From the NCBI GenBank assembly GCA_963649625.1, contig CAVJIP010000169.1:1-45130 (forward strand): 45,130 bases of DNA. The letters are read 5' to 3'. This stretch comes from Bacteroidaceae bacterium (GTDB lineage: Bacteria; Bacillota; Clostridia; Oscillospirales; Oscillospiraceae). This document shows positions 37,827-45,130 of this stretch, piece by piece (the stretch's first letter is position 1; each line of letters opens with the position of its first letter). The notes under the pieces were generated by a model. The model was not told the origin of the DNA and did not search any database. It saw only the letters and a list, made by a program, of their open reading frames with translations. Made by a program: the position numbers and the translations under genes.

Positions 37827-39128
37827 TTAAATATAAAACAGCTTTTGGGCCTCCCGGCGCAGTTCCTCCCGGTAATCGGGATGGGCAATGGCAATCAGGC
37901 TCTTGACCCGGTTCTGGACGGTCTGGCCGCGCATATGGGCAATGCCGTACTCGGTGACTACAATGTCCACATAGGGCCGGGGAATGGTGACAACGGCACC
38001 TGGGGTCAGAATGGGCTTGATTTTAGAGGCCCCCTTATTGGTGGTGGAGTGCATAATCAGAATGCTCCGTCCACCCCGGCTGTGGGCGGCACCATAGGCA
38101 AAGTCGAAGGCGCCGCCCGGGCCGGAATACTGCCGGGTACCAATGGTTTCGGAGCACACCTGGCCGGTCAGGTCGATTTCCATAATGGCGTTAATGGAGA
38201 CCATATTGTCGTTCTGCTTGATAATCATAGGGTCGGTCACATAGCTGGCTGGCCGGATTATGCAGTCGGGGTTCTCATGGAGCATATCGAACAGGTGGCT
38301 GGTGCCGCCGGCAAAGCAGAAAATGTGCTTGCCGGGATTCAGATTCTTCCGGGCCCCGGTGATAATGCCCTTTTCCACCATGGTTCCCATCAGGTTGGTG
38401 AACATTTCGCTGTGGATGCCCAAATCCCTTTTATCCATCAGATTCCGGGCGCAGGCGTTGGGCAGAGAGCCAATGCCCAGCTGAATGGTGTCGCCGTCAT
38501 GCACCAGCTCGGCAACATACTGGCCGATTTTATTGTCAATGTCCGAGGAGGGGGCATCGGGAATCTCATAGATGGGATACTCCACCTCATAGAAGGCGTC
38601 CACATCCCGGATGTTGATGTCTACGCCGCCGTGGACGGTTTTCAGGTTTCGGTTGACCTCCAGGATGATCTTTTTACAGGACAGGGGATCAATGTCCCTT
38701 TCCCACATCTGGGAAAGGTTGACCTGGAAGTTGCCCCTTTCGTCCATGGGCGTGACTGCGGCAATATAGGTGTTGCGGGGGTTGGCGGCATTGTACCAGA
38801 TGGGCTGATCCCGCAGGTCGTTGGGCACGAAGGTGCAGTTGCCCAGCTCCAGGGGACGCTCCCAGCCCTTGGCGAAAAAGGCGGACTGGGTGAGAATATG
38901 GCCCTTGATGTCCTCATTCTGGAGAAAGCCGAAGTCGCTGGAGCGGCCCTTGAGCACGGTAACGCCCTCTACCCGATGGGCCACGGTATGCAGCTTCTCA
39001 CAAAACAACTTTGGCTCGTTGCAGTCCTTGCCGAAGCAGATGTGATCTCCGGACTGGATCATGTCCAGACACTGCTCCAGGGTGCGCTTTTTTTCCTCGT
39101 ACAGCTTCTGATAATCGGTGTAAGCCAT
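37827..39128 (-). CDS. Acetyl-CoA hydrolase/transferase family protein (4-hydroxybutyrate / butyryl-CoA:acetate CoA-transferase-like)
   Basis: The probable start is M33 of the track ORF (MAYTDYQKLYEEKKRTLEQCLDMIQSGDHI). It has the LGIHSEMF catalytic-Glu region and the GPGGAFDF oxyanion motif. Confidence 0.88.
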   Translation of the reverse strand: MAYTDYQKLYEEKKRTLEQCLDMIQSGDHICFGKDCNEPKLFCEKLHTVAHRVEGVTVLKGRSSDFGFLQNEDIKGHILTQSAFFAKGWERPLELGNCTFVPNDLRDQPIWYNAANPRNTYIAAVTPMDERGNFQVNLSQMWERDIDPLSCKKIILEVNRNLKTVHGGVDINIRDVDAFYEVEYPIYEIPDAPSSDIDNKIGQYVAELVHDGDTIQLGIGSLPNACARNLMDKRDLGIHSEMFTNLMGTMVEKGIITGARKNLNPGKHIFCFAGGTSHLFDMLHENPDCIIRPASYVTDPMIIKQNDNMVSINAIMEIDLTGQVCSETIGTRQYSGPGGAFDFAYGAAHSRGGRSILIMHSTTNKGASKIKPILTPGAVVTIPRPYVDIVVTEYGIAHMRGQTVQNRVKSLIAIAHPDYREELRREAQKLFYI

Positions 39129-39272
39129 GGATACCTCTTTCCCGGGCAATGGCCCGCATTTCTTGTTCCTTCTGGGCCTATTGTAGTCTTTTCCCGGGGA
39201 GGTCGTAAAGAACAGTTTGCACACTCTTTTTTCAGATTATGTACAGAACTGCACAAAATTTCAGCAATCCTG

Positions 39273-39301
39273 CTGACATCGAGATATTTTTTTGTTATAC
39301 T
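39273..39301 (+). promoter_or_regulatory. Promoter of the PucR-family gene (CTGACA-17-TATACT)
   Basis: CTGACA at 39273-39278 and TATACT at 39296-39301. Confidence 0.4.
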
Positions 39302-39335
39302 ATGCACACAGCAACAGACAAAGGGGAGCGTACAG

Positions 39336-40610
39336 ATGCAGACCAATCACCTGTCACGGGATATTCATGAGCTGATGCGGGGCCGCACCCTACAGGAGCT
39401 GCTGGACACCGCCCGGCGGCACCTGAAAAGCCCGCTGATTTTGGCGGACCTGACTTTTCATGTGCTGGCCATCACCCAGGACAGCTCCATCACCGACCCA
39501 CGTTGGGTTCAAATCAACAAGGAACGCTGTCTGCCCCTGAACATTGTCAACATCGGCCTGTATCACTCGGCCCTTCGGACGGATGCCCCGGTGCTCTCCA
39601 CAGACTCCACGGGGCTGCCCATTGTCCGATGCGCCGTGGCCCAGGAGGAAAAGCTCATCGGCTATCTCCTGTGCCCCGGCTACGGCGGCCCGCCCACCCA
39701 GGAGCAGCTGGATTTAATGCAGGTACTCAGCGATTTATGCGCCCTGCGGATGCAAAAGGATCTGCACTATGCGGAATACCCGGAGAATATGCTGGAATTT
39801 TTTATATCCGACCTGCTCAACGGATCCATCGAGGACGAGCAAAAACTGCTGGATCGCTGCCGGTTCTTCCAATGGAATCTGAAAATGCCCTATCGGGTGC
39901 TGACCATTCGCCCGGTGGGAAAACCGGAGGCGGCGGAGGGGGGAGATTATCTGGAGCTGGAACGGCAGCGGAGTGCGCTCCAGGGAAAATTCCCGGCGGC
40001 CACGGCCTTTCTCTATGGCAGTCAGATCAAGCTGGTGATTCACGTTTACGACCAAACCACCCAGGATGCCCTGATTTTGGGGGAGGTGGGAGCCTTTTTG
40101 AAGGAGCGTCAACTGGCAGCAGGGGTCAGCCAGACGGCCTATCACCTGCGGAATATTTCCGGGCGGCATCAGCAGGCCATGAAGGCCCTGGAGATGGGGA
40201 TGCTGCTGGAGGGAGCGGGGCCCCTGTTTTACTATGACAGCTATTCCATCTACCACTGTCTGGAGCTGTGTGCGCCCCAGGTGAGTCTGCTCCAGCTGTG
40301 TCATTCGGCGGTGCTAAAGCTGGAGTCCTATGACCGAAAAAACGGCACGGAGCTGCTGGGAACACTCCATGCCTATCTTTCCTGCCACAGCAACCTGAGT
40401 GAGGCCGCCGCATCCCTCTATATTCATCGGAACACCCTGTCCAAGCGGCTGGACAAAATCAACGACCTGATCCATGTGGATTTTGGGGATGCGGAGACGG
40501 TGTTCCACCTGATGTTTTCCTATCGGATTTTGGAATACTACGGAGCCACGGTCATGCGGGACTCCTACGAAAACTGGATGGAGCGCAGCCCCACCCTGCG
40601 GCATCCGTAA
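39336..40610 (+). CDS. PucR family (CdaR-like) transcriptional regulator
   Basis: Only the C-terminal 424 aa of the 955-aa track ORF are real. ATG 39336 lies 7 nt after AAGGGGAG. The C-terminal PucR HTH is LSEAAASLYIHRNTLSKRLDKINDL. Confidence 0.85.
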   Translation: MQTNHLSRDIHELMRGRTLQELLDTARRHLKSPLILADLTFHVLAITQDSSITDPRWVQINKERCLPLNIVNIGLYHSALRTDAPVLSTDSTGLPIVRCAVAQEEKLIGYLLCPGYGGPPTQEQLDLMQVLSDLCALRMQKDLHYAEYPENMLEFFISDLLNGSIEDEQKLLDRCRFFQWNLKMPYRVLTIRPVGKPEAAEGGDYLELERQRSALQGKFPAATAFLYGSQIKLVIHVYDQTTQDALILGEVGAFLKERQLAAGVSQTAYHLRNISGRHQQAMKALEMGMLLEGAGPLFYYDSYSIYHCLELCAPQVSLLQLCHSAVLKLESYDRKNGTELLGTLHAYLSCHSNLSEAAASLYIHRNTLSKRLDKINDLIHVDFGDAETVFHLMFSYRILEYYGATVMRDSYENWMERSPTLRHP

Positions 40611-40622
40611 CAAGGGGAAAAT

Positions 40623-40646
40623 GGGGTGCTGCTCCGGCAGCACCCC
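40623..40646. terminator. Bidirectional terminator between pucR-like and groEL
   Basis: GGGGTGCTG - CTCCGG - CAGCACCCC. Confidence 0.6.
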
Positions 40647-40662
40647 ATAACTCTGCATTTTA

Positions 40663-42309
<1,647 letters not shown>

Positions 42310-42320
42310 TTACCTCCAAA

Positions 42321-42605
42321 TTATTCCACTACTGCAAGAATGTCGCTCTGACGAACGATGGTGTATTCTTCCTTGTTCAGCTTGACCTCGGTGCCGGAAT
42401 ACTTGGCAATGATGACCTTCTGGCCAACCTTCACGGTCATTTTGACCTCATTGCCGTCCACCAGGCCACCGGGGCCTACAGCCACGATTTCAGCCACAGA
42501 GGGCTTCTCCTTGGCACTGGATGCCAGGATGATGCCGGAAGCGGTGGTTTCCTCCACCTCTACCATTTTGACAATGACTCTGTCAGACAGGGGTACGAGT
42601 TTCAT
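42321..42605 (-). CDS. groES: Co-chaperonin GroES
   Basis: 94 aa. MKLVPLSDRVIVKMVEVEETTASGIIL. Confidence 0.98.
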   Translation of the reverse strand: MKLVPLSDRVIVKMVEVEETTASGIILASSAKEKPSVAEIVAVGPGGLVDGNEVKMTVKVGQKVIIAKYSGTEVKLNKEEYTIVRQSDILAVVE

Positions 42606-42669
42606 AATGGTTCCTCCTTGATTTAGATGACGGCCCTTGGGGGCCTGTCATGGTTCTACAGTCGTTGTA

Positions 42670-42696
42670 TTAGCACTCTTATCTCCTGAGTGCTAA
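42670..42696 (-). promoter_or_regulatory. CIRCE operator (HrcA binding site) upstream of groES
   Basis: TTAGCACTC-N9-GAGTGCTAA, an exact match to the CIRCE consensus. It lies 7 nt downstream of a possible TTGTAC-17-TATTAT promoter on the minus strand. Confidence 0.9.
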
Positions 42697-42874
42697 CGAG
42701 TATATAATAGCCCAACCGCCGCAAATGTACAAGTGTCAATTTGCACAATATAATGGAAAAAATATTATGAACTTTTTCTAAACACCGGGGAGAGCCTGTA
42801 GAAACCGGGCTTTTGCGGGCAGAGGCAGTAATAGTGCGTACCGCAACCTGTTGTACGGCACGTCCTGATCCAAT

Positions 42875-43744
42875 TTATGGATACGCCAGCTCCGTCCTGG
42901 CCGTATCCAGCAGGAGACGGCCCAGCTCCCCAACATCTGCCTCCTTCAGCTCCAGCTCCCGGAAGAAGGCATAGGCATAAATGGCCTGGTAGACCAGCAT
43001 TCCAATACCGTTGGCGGTGGGGTGGCCCAGCCGGGATGCCTCCGCCAAAAAGGGCGTCACCGCCGGGGCATAGATACAGTCCAGGGCCGGGGCTCCGGGC
43101 TGCAAGGCGGAAAGGAAGGAGAAATCCTGACTGCCTGCCACCCCTTCCATGCCCACGGGGGTGGTGTTGATCAAAATGTCCGTGTCCGGCAGGATGTCCC
43201 GGGCCTTAGCCAGGGCAAAGGCCCCCATGGTGGGTTCTCCGGCGCAGAGGGCCTGGGCCTTGGCAAGGGTTCGATTGACAACCCGAACCTCTCTGGCCCC
43301 CCTGTCCAGGGCGGTCATGGCAATGGAGCGGGCCGCCCCGCCGGCCCCCAGAATGGTCACAACCTGTCCCGGAAAATCATACCCCAGGTCTTGCAGGGCA
43401 CGGCGAAAGCCCATGCCGTCTGTGGAGTGGCCCTCCCACAGGCCCTTCCGAAGCCGGACGGAGTTGACACTGCCTGCCCGGCGGGCCTCCGGAGTCATGT
43501 CCGACAGGAAGGGGAGAATGTCCAGCTTGTGGGGCATAGTCAGGTTAAAGCCGCCCAGGCCTATGGTTCGGGCAGCGGCCAGAAAGTCGGCCAGCCCGCC
43601 CCGGGGAACTCTGACGGCCAGGTACAGGTCGTCCCGGCCCTGCCTGGCAATCATGGTGTTTTGCAGCAGCGGGGACAGGCTGTGGCTGATGGGATCCCCG
43701 ATCACCGCCAGCAGGCCGGTGCCGTTGTGATATTCAACCCGCAT
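42875..43744 (-). CDS. aroE: Shikimate dehydrogenase
   Basis: 289 aa. LLAVIGDPISHSLSPLLQN, NLTMPHK, GAGGAARS. Confidence 0.92.
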   Translation of the reverse strand: MRVEYHNGTGLLAVIGDPISHSLSPLLQNTMIARQGRDDLYLAVRVPRGGLADFLAAARTIGLGGFNLTMPHKLDILPFLSDMTPEARRAGSVNSVRLRKGLWEGHSTDGMGFRRALQDLGYDFPGQVVTILGAGGAARSIAMTALDRGAREVRVVNRTLAKAQALCAGEPTMGAFALAKARDILPDTDILINTTPVGMEGVAGSQDFSFLSALQPGAPALDCIYAPAVTPFLAEASRLGHPTANGIGMLVYQAIYAYAFFRELELKEADVGELGRLLLDTARTELAYP

Positions 43745-44177
43745 CGTCAGCCAGCTTGTCGATCAGATAGCCCATGGCCGCCACATAGCCGAACTGTCCC
43801 AGCCCGCAGACCTGCCCGTCACAGCCGGCGGCGGTGACGGAGGTGTGGCGGAAATCCTCCCGCTTGTGCAGGTTGGACAGATGCACCTCCACCGCAGGTA
43901 GCTCCACCGCCTTGAGTGCGTCCAGAATGGCATAGCTGTAGTGGGTATAGGCCCCGGGATTGATGATAATCCCGTCAAAACCGCCTCTGGCCCCCTGGAT
44001 TTTGTCGATAATTGCCCCCTCATGGTTGGACTGGAACACCTCCACCTCCACGTTCATGCTGGCAGCGGATGTGTGAATCCGCTGCAAAAGGGCCTCATAG
44101 CTGTCCTTTCCGTAGATGTCCGGCTCCCGCTGGCCCAGCAGGTTCAGGTTTGGGCCGTTGATAACAAGAAATTTCAT
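43734..44177 (-). CDS. aroQ: Type II 3-dehydroquinate dehydratase
   Basis: 147 aa. MKFLVINGPNLNLLGQREPDIYG, QSNHEGAIID, INPGAYTHYS. Confidence 0.95.
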   Translation of the reverse strand: MKFLVINGPNLNLLGQREPDIYGKDSYEALLQRIHTSAASMNVEVEVFQSNHEGAIIDKIQGARGGFDGIIINPGAYTHYSYAILDALKAVELPAVEVHLSNLHKREDFRHTSVTAAGCDGQVCGLGQFGYVAAMGYLIDKLADDAG

Positions 44178-44674
44178 GGTCGTACCTCCAGTTGTCTCAA
44201 AATTTCCCCCAGGGTGTCCTCCGGGGTGGGATAGTCTCCGATGATAATATGGGCTGCCGCCCGATAGAGCGGCTCCCGCTGGGCAAAGCGTGCCAGGAAC
44301 GCCTCCCGGCCCTGCTGCCCCAGGGGTCGGCCTGACATATCTCCCTGGTCATAGCTGCGGCCCGGGTCCCGGTTGAGGAAAATCACCGTGCCGCTTTGGC
44401 GGAGCAAACGCCGGTTTTCCTCCCCCAGAGGAAGGCCGCCGCCACAGGCCACAATCAGGTTTTCCCGGACCGCCAGCTCCCGGCAGAGCTCCGTCTCCAG
44501 ATTCCGAAAATATGCCTCGCCGTGCATTGCAAAAATGTCCCTGACGGACATCCCTGTCCTGGCTTCCAGGTACTGGTCGGTGTCCAGCGCCGGTAGATTT
44601 AGCCTTTGGTGAAGGAGCCGGGCGCAGGTGGACTTGCCGCAGCTCATCATCCCGATCAAATAGATGTTCTTCAC
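44174..44674 (-). CDS. aroK: Shikimate kinase
   Basis: 166 aa. Walker A IGMMSCGKST, and GGG in VACGGGLP. Confidence 0.9.
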   Translation of the reverse strand: MKNIYLIGMMSCGKSTCARLLHQRLNLPALDTDQYLEARTGMSVRDIFAMHGEAYFRNLETELCRELAVRENLIVACGGGLPLGEENRRLLRQSGTVIFLNRDPGRSYDQGDMSGRPLGQQGREAFLARFAQREPLYRAAAHIIIGDYPTPEDTLGEILRQLEVRP

Positions 44675-45130
44675 AGAGGTGTCTCCAGATTGGACTTAAA
44701 GTTCCCCAGCACCCGGAAATCCGCAGCGGTCTGGGACAGCTCCCGAAGTACCCCGTCCATCCCCGGGGCCGTCAGGCTGCCGGTAAACTCAACGAAAAAC
44801 ATATATTCCCAGCTTTTCCCCGGAATCGGGCGGGACTCCAGCCGCACCATGTTCAGGCCGTTTACCGCAAAAATCCCCAAAATCTCATGGAGACAGCCGG
44901 ATTCATGAGGGGTTGTCAGTACGGTGCTGATTTTGTCCGCCCCCTCCCGCAGCTCCATCCGGGGAGACACCACCACAAACCGGGTGGTGTTGGTAGCACT
45001 GTAATTGACCCGCTGGGCCAGGATTTTCAGGCCGTAAAGCTGGGCCGCCCGCCGGGAGCAAATGGCCGCCTTGGTGATGTCCCCGGTCTCCGCCACATAT
45101 TTTCCGCTGCCGGCGGTGTCCAGATAGGGC
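44671..45130 (-). CDS. pheA: Prephenate dehydratase, C-terminal part (5' end lies outside the window)
   Basis: The frame stays open from 45130 (hand-checked; no stop upstream of the GTG at 45096). NTTRFVVV and the ACT domain ISTVLTTPHESGCLHEILGIFAVNGLNMVRLESRP with the ESRP motif. Confidence 0.88.
   Translation of the reverse strand, partial: PYLDTAGSGKYVAETGDITKAAICSRRAAQLYGLKILAQRVNYSATNTTRFVVVSPRMELREGADKISTVLTTPHESGCLHEILGIFAVNGLNMVRLESRPIPGKSWEYMFFVEFTGSLTAPGMDGVLRELSQTAADFRVLGNFKSNLETPL

Noticed and set aside
37743-39335. The N-terminal 531 aa of the 955-aa plus-strand ORF that ends as the PucR regulator.
   Set aside because: This part is antisense to the CoA-transferase gene and low-complexity. 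The regulator has its own promoter, RBS and ATG at 39336.

Overview
This is a 45.1-kb, gene-dense chromosomal window from a high-GC Gram-positive anaerobe. The protein sequences (GroEL, UvrA, LepA, F-ATPase) look like Clostridia, possibly Oscillospiraceae, but that taxonomy is inference only. I support about 44 protein genes, most of them housekeeping.

Gene content, left to right:
- A low-GC TetR + DinB-like pair.
- A MarR-controlled heterodimeric ABC exporter operon that ends in an SDR oxidoreductase.
- An FAD oxidoreductase.
- A co-directional uvrB / CapA-like / uvrA / orphan solute-binding lipoprotein / GrpB block.
- A cupin, a MATE exporter, a DagK-like lipid kinase and a TRIC-type channel.
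- A low-GC NUDIX + P-loop kinase pair.
- An ECF S-component / pdxK / small radical-SAM operon.
- A LysR regulator divergent from a PurA-like gene that runs straight into a complete F-type ATP synthase operon (a-c-b-delta'alpha-gamma-beta-epsilon), followed by a YoaK-like gene.
- hemW and lepA, a GT2 glycosyltransferase, and an intact tnpA-only IS200 element.
- A CoA-transferase divergent from a PucR regulator.
- groES-groEL with a textbook CIRCE operator.
- aroE-aroQ-aroK and the 3' part of pheA.

I saw no rRNA, tRNA or CRISPR array. The many long ORFs antisense to these genes are high-GC artefacts.

I found no obvious defence or novel multi-gene system. The most unusual biology is in the ATP synthase locus:
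- There is no free-standing delta gene. Only the delta C-terminal domain is present, fused in-frame to alpha.
- The c subunit carries a signal-peptide-like N-terminal extension.
- A divergent adenylosuccinate-synthase paralog occupies the atpI position. It is translationally coupled to atpB and paired with a LysR regulator.

All family assignments come from reading the translations against remembered motifs. No database search was run.
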